NCBI GenBank assembly: GCA_030682795.1
Contig: JAUXNJ010000010.1
Location: forward strand, 176,660 to 240,659
Source of the DNA: Sphingobacteriaceae bacterium
GTDB lineage: Bacteria > Bacteroidota > Bacteroidia > UBA7662
Length of the DNA stretch: 64,000 nt
Direction of reading: 5' to 3'
Below, one piece after another: positions 39,614 through 48,563 of the stretch (position 1 is its first letter; each line of letters opens with the position of its first letter). Position numbers and translations under genes: made by a program. The notes under the pieces are model-generated. The model ran no database searches, was not told where the DNA came from, and saw only the letters and a list, made by a program, of their open reading frames with translations.

Positions 39614-40222
39614 TTATTGGAGGATGAGTTTTTCGGTAATGCTGGTGGTAGTAAAGTCGACCTCTACGAAATAAAGCCCTTTGGCCAGTTCAGCGCTAAA
39701 CACTTGCAAACTATTTCCCTCAGGCTGCTGAATTTGTTGAATGAGCCGGCCTTGCAGGTCCTTGAGCCGTACTTGTTCCACTTTTTTGTCGGCATCCCAC
39801 CTGATTTGAAAAGAGGAGGTGGCGGGATTGGGATAAAGTTGCAATCCAAACTTATGGTTTTCACCTACGCTTGCACAGGTAACAACTGTAATGGTTAAGG
39901 CATCGGTATCAAAACAGCCCCGGTTATCGGTGGTGGTGAGGGTATAAGTAGTGGTTTGGGTAGGATTAGCGGTGGGATTGGCAATGTTGGGATTGCTTAA
40001 ACCGGTGGTAGGTTGCCAGCTGTAACTTAGCACCCCAAGTCCGCCATTGCCTGTGGCGTTCAACTGGATGCTTTGTCCCACACAAATGGTAGAATCGACC
40101 CCAGCATTTGTTGTCACGTTTGGGAGAGGAGCGTAGCCTACCTGAATCACCAGGGGCCCCTGTGCCATCAAAGGCACGCTCAAAAGCAGCATAATACAGC
40201 TCGATAAAAAAAATCTGGTCAT
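39614..40222 (-). CDS. Secreted protein with T9SS type-A C-terminal sorting domain
   Basis: Signal peptide. C-terminal ...LQLYPNPATSSFQIRWDADKKVEQVRLKDLQGRLIQ...LAKGLYFVEVDFTTTSITEKLILQ. Confidence 0.7.
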   Translation of the reverse strand: MTRFFLSSCIMLLLSVPLMAQGPLVIQVGYAPLPNVTTNAGVDSTICVGQSIQLNATGNGGLGVLSYSWQPTTGLSNPNIANPTANPTQTTTYTLTTTDNRGCFDTDALTITVVTCASVGENHKFGLQLYPNPATSSFQIRWDADKKVEQVRLKDLQGRLIQQIQQPEGNSLQVFSAELAKGLYFVEVDFTTTSITEKLILQ

Positions 40223-40282
40223 AATCAGCGGTTGTTCAAGTCGAAATATACAATAAATGCATCAAAATCTAAACCCTAGGCC

Positions 40283-41914
40283 TTGCGCAAGGCCAGTTCG
40301 TTTGTCTTTTTCAACGAAATGATGTATATTCCCATCATGAGCATTAACAGTACCATGGAGCCCGCCCAGGAAGAAGCGGGTAGACAAAAAATCGAGATTC
40401 AAGAATTACACATTGCGCACTATGCGGCTTTAAAGGAACTGATGATTGAGGCTTATGCAGCCTTGCCAGATGCTTTTTGGCAGCGCGATCAAATCGAAAA
40501 ACTCATTGCCAAATATCCCGAAGGACAAATTTGTATCACGGTAAATGGGGAGCTGGCAGCATGTGCGCTTTCGATTTTGGTGCGGCACGAATTGCTGGAA
40601 GACAACCATACTTACAAAGAGATCACGGGTAATTTTACCTTCAACACACATGATGCGACGGGTGAAACCATGTATGGCATCGACGTATTTGTAAAGCGCA
40701 AGTTCCGGGGCATGCGCTTGGGCAGGCGTTTGTACGACTATCGCAAGGAGCTTTGCGAGCGTAAAAATCTACGGGCCATTGTGTTTGGTGGCAGGTTGCC
40801 CAATTATCATAACCATGCCGCCGATTTAACCCCGAAGGCTTACATCGACAAGGTACGCCGCAAAGAAATCCATGACCCAGTGCTCGATTTTCAGTTGTCG
40901 AACGATTTCCATGTTAAAAAAATCATCAAAAATTACCTGCGGGGCGATAGTCAGTCGGGCGAGTATGCGGCGCTCATGCAGTGGGATAATGTGTATTACG
41001 TTCGCGAGCACCACAAGCCGGCATCGGCCAAAAGCGTAGTGCGCCTCGGCTTGGTGCAGTGGCAAATGCGGCCGTATCGCGACTTAGATGAGCTCATGGA
41101 GCAGGCGGAGTATTTTGTGGATGCAGTATCGGGTTACCGTTCTGACTTCGCGCTTTTCCCTGAGTTTTTTAATGCGCCTTTGATGGCAGCCTACAACCAT
41201 TTGTCGGAGCCCGATGCCATCCGCCAATTGGCGGGTTATACTGCCGAAATCCGCGATAAGTTCGCCGAATTGGTGGTTTCCTACAACATCAACATCATCA
41301 CGGGCAGCATGCCCGAGCTTCAGGGCGATGTACTTTACAATGTGGGTTACCTCTGCAAGCGCAATGGGGAGGTAGAAAAGTTTATCAAACTGCACGTAAC
41401 GCCTGATGAAGCGCGGGTGTGGGGCATGACTGGCGGCGATTTTGTGCGAACGTACGAAACCGATGCCGGTCGCATTGGCATACTCATTTGCTACGACGTA
41501 GAGTTCCCAGAGTTATCACGTTTGCTGGCCGACGAAGGTATGGACATACTTTTTGTGCCCTTTTTAACCGATACCCAAAACGGTTATTCGCGGGTGCGAC
41601 ATTGTGCCCAAGCGCGGGCCGTTGAAAATGAATGTTATGTAGCCGTGGCGGGCAGTGTGGGCAATTTGCCTAAGGTGCACAATATGGACATTCAGTTTGC
41701 CCAATCGGTGGTGTTTACTCCCTGCGATTTTGCCTTCCCTACCAATGGCATCAAGGCCGAGGCTACACCCAATACCGAGATGATCATGGTGGTAGATGTA
41801 GATTTAGATCTGCTCAAGGAGCTCAATCGCTTTGGTGCCGTGCGCAATTTGATTGACCGCCGGAAGGATCTTTTCGACTTGCGATGGAAGCAAAAAAGAA
41901 ACAAAAACGAGTAA
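40283..41914 (+). CDS. Fused GNAT acetyltransferase / carbon-nitrogen hydrolase (nitrilase superfamily) protein
   Basis: N-terminal GNAT pattern (...DVFVKRKFRGMRLGRRLY...). C-terminal CN-hydrolase E-K-C triad context (...ICYDVEFPE...). Exact start uncertain (40283-40340). Confidence 0.7.
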   Translation: MRKASSFVFFNEMMYIPIMSINSTMEPAQEEAGRQKIEIQELHIAHYAALKELMIEAYAALPDAFWQRDQIEKLIAKYPEGQICITVNGELAACALSILVRHELLEDNHTYKEITGNFTFNTHDATGETMYGIDVFVKRKFRGMRLGRRLYDYRKELCERKNLRAIVFGGRLPNYHNHAADLTPKAYIDKVRRKEIHDPVLDFQLSNDFHVKKIIKNYLRGDSQSGEYAALMQWDNVYYVREHHKPASAKSVVRLGLVQWQMRPYRDLDELMEQAEYFVDAVSGYRSDFALFPEFFNAPLMAAYNHLSEPDAIRQLAGYTAEIRDKFAELVVSYNINIITGSMPELQGDVLYNVGYLCKRNGEVEKFIKLHVTPDEARVWGMTGGDFVRTYETDAGRIGILICYDVEFPELSRLLADEGMDILFVPFLTDTQNGYSRVRHCAQARAVENECYVAVAGSVGNLPKVHNMDIQFAQSVVFTPCDFAFPTNGIKAEATPNTEMIMVVDVDLDLLKELNRFGAVRNLIDRRKDLFDLRWKQKRNKNE

Positions 41915-41962
41915 ATTATTTACTCAAACGGCCTGATCCATCCCTTTGTTTGCTTGTGTAAC

Positions 41963-43711
41963 ATGAGAAATTGGTTAATCGCTTTACTGCTATGGGTAGC
42001 CACATGTCCCATTGTGCAAGCCCAGCAGCTTGTGGAAGGGCGAGTGCTGCAGCAGCCAGATGGTCAGCCTGTAGCTTATGCAGGTGTTATGGCCAATCGA
42101 AGTGGATTGGGTACAGTAACCAACGAGCAGGGCTACTTCCGACTCCAGTTGGCGGCGAACGACGACAGTTTGCTGGTGCGTTTTATTGGCTATAAAACGC
42201 TGCGCATAGCCCTGCTTTCCAACAAAAACTTCTACGAATTGCGCCTTGAGTACAGCGTGCAACAGCTACAAGAGGTGGTGGTAGTGGCTACTGATGAGTC
42301 TTACCTCTACGACCTCCTGCGTCGTAGCAAGCTGCAGGCTGATAAGGTGGAGCGCCAAGCACGGGCCTATTTTGAGCTGCGTACCCTGGTGGGCAAGCGG
42401 CAGGTTGAATTGGTAGAAGGCTTTTATAATGCAAGGTTTGTGGGGCCTGATGCGGTAGATCTGCAGTTGAAGGCGGGTCGACTTGCCCTCCAGCCCATTG
42501 AAAATCGCCTTTTTGCGAGTATACAAAGTTCCGATGCTTTGCGCATGATGCACACTTTTAAGTCCAACCGCTATTTTCCAACAGGTCCTTTTGAACTACG
42601 GCCTGTTGCCCTTAAAAAACGCTATATGCTGCTCAGTGAAGGAGCCTACCGCAACGAAATGGGCGATTCTATTGTGGTGATTCGCTTCAAACCTAAAGAC
42701 GAGGCCCGTAAATACTTTGAAGGCCGGGCTTGGGTAGATGTGGAGCGGGGAGAATTGTTGCAATTGCAACTAAAATGCGAAAATGCAAGTATGTACCCGT
42801 TTTTGCCGCTTTTTCCAGACGATCAAATTCAGGGTGTTGATTTTTTGATTGAACGTGCTTTTGAGCGGCAAGGGGAGGATTTGCAGCTGCAGCGTTTGAG
42901 TTTTGAGTACCGAGTGAATTATGCCAATAGGCGAGGGGAGCTTTATAAAGTGGCTACCAAGGCGGTTTTATTGCCCTATCGCTACGAACAACCCTTCATT
43001 TTGCCTCGCTTTAAGCAAGTCGATGCGCCTCTTTCGGACTATATGCGCATCAATGCCTTTCCTTACAATGCTGCTTTTTGGTTGAAAAGCGACGAGGTAC
43101 GTATCAACGATCAGCACGGTGAAAACGAGGCCTTTTTTGCCGATAAGCGGAGCTTGACAAATGTAGAGGTATTTCAAGCAGGTAGCTTAGGCGGCCGAGC
43201 TTTGCTCGAAACCCCATACGTGCGCTGGGAGGCCAATAAACGCCTGTTATTCAGCCAAAAAAGCGAACGTCCGCAGCCAAATGACCCTTTTAAAAGAGAT
43301 GTGAGGGTGGATGATTATCACTTGCAAGTGCACTTATTTATGGATCTAAATCAGCTGGGCGATAGTTTACATTGGCTTACAGCCACCATTTTTGATCCGC
43401 ATCAAAGTTATTTTTATTTGCCCATGACCAATGCAGCACGCTGCTTCATCAATATGTATTTTGATTTAATGGAAATAGAACGGCGAAGGCTGGAAGTACG
43501 TTTGCAGCAAAGCAAACGCACGGAAGCTGCCTTTTTGGAGACCTACGCTGAAGTAATGCGTGAGTCGCAGGTTTTAGCGGAGCGTTTTTTTAAGGAGGTG
43601 ATGATTGGCAACAATCAAAAAGGCATGATGCATTGGAATCAAGTAATTATGGATGCATTGGAAATTGATAACTTGGCCATGTACAAGCCTTTTGAAGGAG
43701 ATAATCCGTGA
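41963..43711 (+). CDS. Secreted protein with N-terminal carboxypeptidase-regulatory-like (CarbopepD_reg) domain
   Basis: Signal peptide, then VEGRVLQQPDGQPVAYAGV...TNEQGYFRL beta-sandwich pattern. 582 aa. Confidence 0.55.
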   Translation: MRNWLIALLLWVATCPIVQAQQLVEGRVLQQPDGQPVAYAGVMANRSGLGTVTNEQGYFRLQLAANDDSLLVRFIGYKTLRIALLSNKNFYELRLEYSVQQLQEVVVVATDESYLYDLLRRSKLQADKVERQARAYFELRTLVGKRQVELVEGFYNARFVGPDAVDLQLKAGRLALQPIENRLFASIQSSDALRMMHTFKSNRYFPTGPFELRPVALKKRYMLLSEGAYRNEMGDSIVVIRFKPKDEARKYFEGRAWVDVERGELLQLQLKCENASMYPFLPLFPDDQIQGVDFLIERAFERQGEDLQLQRLSFEYRVNYANRRGELYKVATKAVLLPYRYEQPFILPRFKQVDAPLSDYMRINAFPYNAAFWLKSDEVRINDQHGENEAFFADKRSLTNVEVFQAGSLGGRALLETPYVRWEANKRLLFSQKSERPQPNDPFKRDVRVDDYHLQVHLFMDLNQLGDSLHWLTATIFDPHQSYFYLPMTNAARCFINMYFDLMEIERRRLEVRLQQSKRTEAAFLETYAEVMRESQVLAERFFKEVMIGNNQKGMMHWNQVIMDALEIDNLAMYKPFEGDNP

Positions 43712-43831
43712 TTGTTCTGCGTATGTGACACGGCACCTGCTGGTGTGTTATATGCGGGTTATTTTTTCTATTGCTATTGTCTTTTGTAAGAACCAAAAGG
43801 GTTTTTTGCTGTTATTAAGAGAATCGTTTAT

Positions 43832-44740
43832 ATGTCTGATCCTATTGTAGAAGTCCGCCAGCTCACCAAAGCTTACGGTAAGTTTCAAGCCCTACACGAA
43901 GTGAATTTTGAGGTACATCGTGGTGATGTGTTCGGCTTTTTGGGTCCCAACGGTGCAGGCAAAAGCACCACCATTCGCATTTTATTGAGTTTGATCAGTG
44001 CCGACAGTGGTACTCTGTCGCTTTTTGGCATGCCTTTGGCCACGCATCGGCGCGAAATCTTGCAAAAAATCGGCTGCATTGTAGAGAAACCTGATTTTTA
44101 TAAATACCTGAGCGCTCGCCGTAATTTGGAGATTTTTGGCAGGGTGTCGGGGGCAGATACCAGCAAGCGCAACATCGATGCGATGCTGGCTTTTGTAGGG
44201 CTGGAGGGGCGGGCCAACGACAAGCTCGGTGGTTTTTCACACGGCATGCGGCAGCGACTCGGCCTTGCCCAAGCCCTCTTGCACCAACCCGAACTCATTG
44301 TGCTCGATGAGCCCACCACTGGCCTCGACCCGCAAGGCATCATCGACATCCGCGAGCTGATTTTGCAGCTGAGTCGCGAGCAGGGCAAAACCATCATTCT
44401 TTCCTCACATTTATTGTCGGAAATAGAGCTGATTGCCAACCGCATGGTGATCATTAACAAAGGCCGCAGTTTGGCCGAAGGTTCGGTGAAAGAGCTGCTG
44501 AATGCCGAAGAGCTGGTGGTGACTTTTGAACTCAACGATGGCGCGGCCGCGGTAGCCCTGTTGCAACAACGGCCCGAAGTGGTGCTGCGTGAACAGCACG
44601 ACAACCGCCTGACCCTGCAAATTAACCGCGAAGAAGTACCGGAGCTCAATCAATGGCTGCAAAGTCAAGGCCTCCGCGTTTACGCCATCGAAAGCAAACG
44701 CAAACTCGAAGATTATTTCCTTAAACTGGTCAACAACTGA
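43832..44740 (+). CDS. ABC transporter ATP-binding protein (GldA-like/ABC-2 type)
   Basis: Walker A GPNGAGKST, ABC signature LSGGFSHGMRQRL, Walker B LIVLDEPT. 302 aa. Confidence 0.9.
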   Translation: MSDPIVEVRQLTKAYGKFQALHEVNFEVHRGDVFGFLGPNGAGKSTTIRILLSLISADSGTLSLFGMPLATHRREILQKIGCIVEKPDFYKYLSARRNLEIFGRVSGADTSKRNIDAMLAFVGLEGRANDKLGGFSHGMRQRLGLAQALLHQPELIVLDEPTTGLDPQGIIDIRELILQLSREQGKTIILSSHLLSEIELIANRMVIINKGRSLAEGSVKELLNAEELVVTFELNDGAAAVALLQQRPEVVLREQHDNRLTLQINREEVPELNQWLQSQGLRVYAIESKRKLEDYFLKLVNN

Positions 44741-45582
44741 TGTTCGGTAAAGCTATCTACAACGAATTTATCAAAATTGCCGCCAAGCCGCGCTCGTATT
44801 TGGGCTTGGCCGCCATCACCGTGCTGGTGGGCGTGATTTTGTTTGCGATGAAAATCGACGGGTTGACCTACATTGGCTTCATTACGGCTGGTTTTGAGCA
44901 ATCGCTGCTGTTTGAAGGCGATATCCTCAATGGCAATTTGATGGGCTTTATTGTTTTGCAAATGCTTATCATTCATGTGCCTTTGTTGATTGCTTTGGTA
45001 ACGGGCGACCTCATTTCGGGGGAAGCAGCCATGGGCAGTTTGCGGATGTTGGCCACCCGGCCTTTGTCGCGCACACAGATTTTGCTATCGAAGTTTGTGG
45101 CGGGAGGCTTATATACTTTCCTGATTTTGCTTTGGCTAGGCGTGATGGCGCTGGGCGTAAGCAATTTGATGTTCGGTCCGGGCGATTTGATGGTGTTGAA
45201 CAGCGACGGTTTGGTGGTTTTGTTGCAAGACGATGTGCTCTGGCGTTTTTTAAGTGGCTTTGGCATTGCGTATTTGTCGCTGCTCACCATTGCCACCCTG
45301 AGCATTACGCTGAGTTGCTTTTCCGACAACAGCATTGGTCCTATTGTAGCCACCATGGCCATCATCATGCTGTTTACCCTCATTGGCACGCTCGATGTGC
45401 CGGTATTCGACAACGTACGGCCGTTTTTGTTCACCACCCACATGGCCGCCTGGAGGAGCTTTTTTGAAGATCCGGTGGATTATGCTGCCATCCGAAATTC
45501 TGCCATCATTCTAGTAGCCCACATCGTGGTGTTGCTGGGCATTGCCACCTATCACTTTAAACGCAAAGACATACTGTCATGA
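44740..45582 (+). CDS. ABC-2 family transporter permease
   Basis: Six hydrophobic segments. Translationally coupled to the ATPase (ATGA overlap). Confidence 0.75.
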   Translation: MFGKAIYNEFIKIAAKPRSYLGLAAITVLVGVILFAMKIDGLTYIGFITAGFEQSLLFEGDILNGNLMGFIVLQMLIIHVPLLIALVTGDLISGEAAMGSLRMLATRPLSRTQILLSKFVAGGLYTFLILLWLGVMALGVSNLMFGPGDLMVLNSDGLVVLLQDDVLWRFLSGFGIAYLSLLTIATLSITLSCFSDNSIGPIVATMAIIMLFTLIGTLDVPVFDNVRPFLFTTHMAAWRSFFEDPVDYAAIRNSAIILVAHIVVLLGIATYHFKRKDILS

Positions 45583-46241
45583 AGTTCATTAAGATTTTTT
45601 TGTTGTTATTAGTCATTTCGGTCCCAATTTTGGCGCAAGACCAAGGTCCTGAGCTGGTAAAAGGGGTGTATGCCAAAATGAAATTGGTGCAGAAATATGC
45701 TGCCGACGTGCACATCGATGCCGATATTCCCAATTTGCGGATGCGTTCTGTTGATGCGAAAGTGAGTTTTACGCAACCCGACAAACTCAAGGTTGATTCG
45801 CGCAGTTTGGCCGTACTTCCCAAGCAGGGTTTTGCCGACTTTGGCAAAATCATCAGCGATACCTCCGATTTTACTGCCGTAAAAACCGGCGATGAGGTGC
45901 TCAAAGGGGTGAAAACGAGCATCGTGAACATCCTCCCTGGCGATCCTACGGGCGATTTGATACTGGCCAAGTTGTGGATTGATCCCATGCAAAAGTTGGT
46001 GATGCGCTCGCAGCTCACCTACCGCAGCAGTGGAACTGTGCTCATAGATTACACGTACGGGAGTCAGAAAAAATACGGACTACCCGATTTGTTGCAGTTT
46101 ACCATGGACATCCAAAGCATGAAAATCCCCAAAGCCATGATGGCCGATTTGCACAAAGGCAAAAAGGAGGGGGTAGCCGAAAAAGACCCGAACCGTCCAG
46201 CCGTAATTTTGGTGAATTTTTCGAATTACGTGGTGAACTAG
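45579..46241 (+). CDS. LolA-like / outer-membrane lipoprotein-sorting-like periplasmic protein
   Basis: Signal peptide. 220 aa. Overlaps the permease stop by 4 bp. Family call tentative. Confidence 0.5.
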   Translation: MKFIKIFLLLLVISVPILAQDQGPELVKGVYAKMKLVQKYAADVHIDADIPNLRMRSVDAKVSFTQPDKLKVDSRSLAVLPKQGFADFGKIISDTSDFTAVKTGDEVLKGVKTSIVNILPGDPTGDLILAKLWIDPMQKLVMRSQLTYRSSGTVLIDYTYGSQKKYGLPDLLQFTMDIQSMKIPKAMMADLHKGKKEGVAEKDPNRPAVILVNFSNYVVN

Positions 46242-46242
46242 T

Positions 46243-46491
46243 TTAAGATTTCCTCTTGTAGTACAAATGCATGATGCCTGAGTAGAGGAAACCTCCTATC
46301 ATCCACCAAAGCAATTTTTGCCAGATAAAAGCACCTCCAAATAAAGAGGGCTCATCGAAGAAAAGGTGCACGGCTTCGGTAAATAACCACATAAACAAGC
46401 CCCAGCTAACGGCGGTTTTCCACCAATTCTTTAGGGTATATTGATCACGCAATTTGCTGTTCTCTTTAATTTGCATCCATCTAAAATACAA
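46243..46491 (-). CDS. Small 2-TM membrane protein
   Basis: 82 aa, Trp-rich hydrophobic segments. Confidence 0.4.
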   Translation of the reverse strand: MYFRWMQIKENSKLRDQYTLKNWWKTAVSWGLFMWLFTEAVHLFFDEPSLFGGAFIWQKLLWWMIGGFLYSGIMHLYYKRKS

Positions 46492-46572
46492 AAAATGTCA
46501 AATACTTGCAAATTCCTATGGTAAGTAGAAGTGCTGGCGCTTTTGGTTTATATTTACGTCAAAACACATCTT

Positions 46573-47484
46573 ATGCGATACTTAAAGTCACCAAGCTGGC
46601 TATTACTACTTGGGTTTGCCTTTTTAACCTTTGAAAGCGAGGCTTCGCAGCCGGCTTTTTGGAAGTACAAAGGTGAAAAGGTACCAGTGAATCATTTTAT
46701 TACTACGGGCGGTGGTTTTGGCGCCATGGCCTACCGCGATGAATTGTCCTCAATGCGGGCCTTTAACGGCATCAGTGCTGGCTTTTTTCAGTCTTACGAG
46801 TTGCTAACACCCCGAAAACTTCTGGTTATTGATGGCATGGCTCAATTTGGTGCGGTTACCGACGGCAGTGGCTGGGGAGGTAGCGGAGGCGCAAGCATCG
46901 TTATCAATAATACTGCAGCTTTTATGTTTCATGTGCCTTTCGAAAGCAGTCGCTTGAACTGGCATGTAGGACCAGCCGCCCAGTTTTACGGCATGTTTCG
47001 TCCCAATCCGTCCTTTGGCAATGGTGCCTTAGGTTATGATGTGCTCAGCGGTTTGGGTGTGCGCTCGCGCCTGGAGTTGCCCGTGACCCTGCGTACCAAG
47101 AGCGAACAAAAGTGGTGGATTTTTAAGTTCAAAAAGACCTACGAACGCACCTTGCGCTTTGGCTGGGAACTGGATTTGCCTTTACTGGCCTTTAACTCCC
47201 GGCCTCCCTTTGTGGGAGTGCTCGATGGGGTGGGCAATGACCCGGTGAGTACGGGTGTGGTAGATTTTTTAGAAAACACCAAATTGCGAATGCTCGGAGG
47301 CTATTTCTACATGAGCAGCCGCTTGTATGCCCAATATCCTTTTAAAAACGGCAATCGCCTACAAATGAGCTACCACTGGCAGGGTTATCAGTACAATTAC
47401 CAAGACCAGCCGGTTCGCACTGCTGCGGGTGCCCTCATGTTTTCGTATATGTTCAGAATCGACGCTAATAAAGACCTCCGATGA
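46573..47484 (+). CDS. Secreted/outer-membrane hypothetical protein
   Basis: MRYLKSPSWLLLLGFAFLTFESEA leader. Beta-rich composition. The track ORF begins at 46531. Confidence 0.5.
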   Translation: MRYLKSPSWLLLLGFAFLTFESEASQPAFWKYKGEKVPVNHFITTGGGFGAMAYRDELSSMRAFNGISAGFFQSYELLTPRKLLVIDGMAQFGAVTDGSGWGGSGGASIVINNTAAFMFHVPFESSRLNWHVGPAAQFYGMFRPNPSFGNGALGYDVLSGLGVRSRLELPVTLRTKSEQKWWIFKFKKTYERTLRFGWELDLPLLAFNSRPPFVGVLDGVGNDPVSTGVVDFLENTKLRMLGGYFYMSSRLYAQYPFKNGNRLQMSYHWQGYQYNYQDQPVRTAAGALMFSYMFRIDANKDLR

Positions 47485-48530
47485 AAAAAATAGCCCTTCT
47501 TCTTTTATTGGCAGCCAGCTTGATGAGCTGCAGCAAAGCCTTTGTAGGCGATCAACCCTCGGCCGAACCGCGTGAAGTTTTTGAGGAACTGTGGAAGCAA
47601 ATTGAGCTCAAGTACAGCTTTATGCAATATAAAGGCCTTGATTGGCAGGCAGTTTATAACAAATACAGTCCACAGGTAACCCCCGGCATGACCGATATTG
47701 AGCTTTTCCGAGTGCTCGAAGGCATGATGAACGAGCTGCGTGACGGCCATGCCAATGTGTTCGCACCCTTCAGTTTTTCTGTCTACTATCCCTTGTTTCT
47801 AAATAGTCCTGAGAATTTCGATGGTCGGCTATTACTGCAAAGCTATTTGCGTCGCTATCCCGAGAAACACTTCATTACAGGTCCTTTTCAGCACACTGTA
47901 CTGGATACTTTAGGGGTAAAAGTGGGGATAATGACTTACAGGAGCTTTAGTTCAACCTTCAGCGAGTCAGATTTAGATTTTATATTCGAGCGTTTTCAAG
48001 GTGCCGACGGCATCATCATCGATATGCGTTCGAACGGAGGTGGTTTAATCAACAATGTATTTCAGTTGTCAGGTCGCTTGGTGGATGCAGAGCGTATCAG
48101 TCATTACAACCGCCTCAAAAATGGTCCGGGTGCCAACGACTTTGGTCCCGAAACCACCATCAAAGTCATTCCTTCGAGCAGCGATAAGCGTTTTACAGGC
48201 CGTGTAGTTATGCTCACAAATCGTGGCAGTTACAGTGCTACCAGTCTGTTTGCCTTGCAGATGCGTGCTTTGCCGAATGCCCGCATCATTGGAGATACTA
48301 CCGGTGGTGGATTGGGTTTGCCGCATGGCGCTGGACTTCGGAATGGTTGGTCTTACCGGTTTTCAGTAGGACAGGCCCTGAGTTCAGAAACCGACGCTAA
48401 CAACCAGCGCTACAATTGGGAAGATGGCGTGCCGCCACATATCCAAGTCAATTTAGATCCAGTGGCTGCTGCGCAGGGATTCGATAGTATGGTGGAACGC
48501 GCAATTGTGTATATTCGTGACGGGAACTGA
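47481..48530 (+). CDS. S41 family peptidase (tail-specific-protease-like), lipoprotein
   Basis: IIDMRSNGGGL active-site region. Lipobox LMSC. Confidence 0.75.
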   Translation: MKKIALLLLLAASLMSCSKAFVGDQPSAEPREVFEELWKQIELKYSFMQYKGLDWQAVYNKYSPQVTPGMTDIELFRVLEGMMNELRDGHANVFAPFSFSVYYPLFLNSPENFDGRLLLQSYLRRYPEKHFITGPFQHTVLDTLGVKVGIMTYRSFSSTFSESDLDFIFERFQGADGIIIDMRSNGGGLINNVFQLSGRLVDAERISHYNRLKNGPGANDFGPETTIKVIPSSSDKRFTGRVVMLTNRGSYSATSLFALQMRALPNARIIGDTTGGGLGLPHGAGLRNGWSYRFSVGQALSSETDANNQRYNWEDGVPPHIQVNLDPVAAAQGFDSMVERAIVYIRDGN

Positions 48531-48563
48531 TAGCTGTTTGCTATAAAAGCGTTTCTGTTTGGG

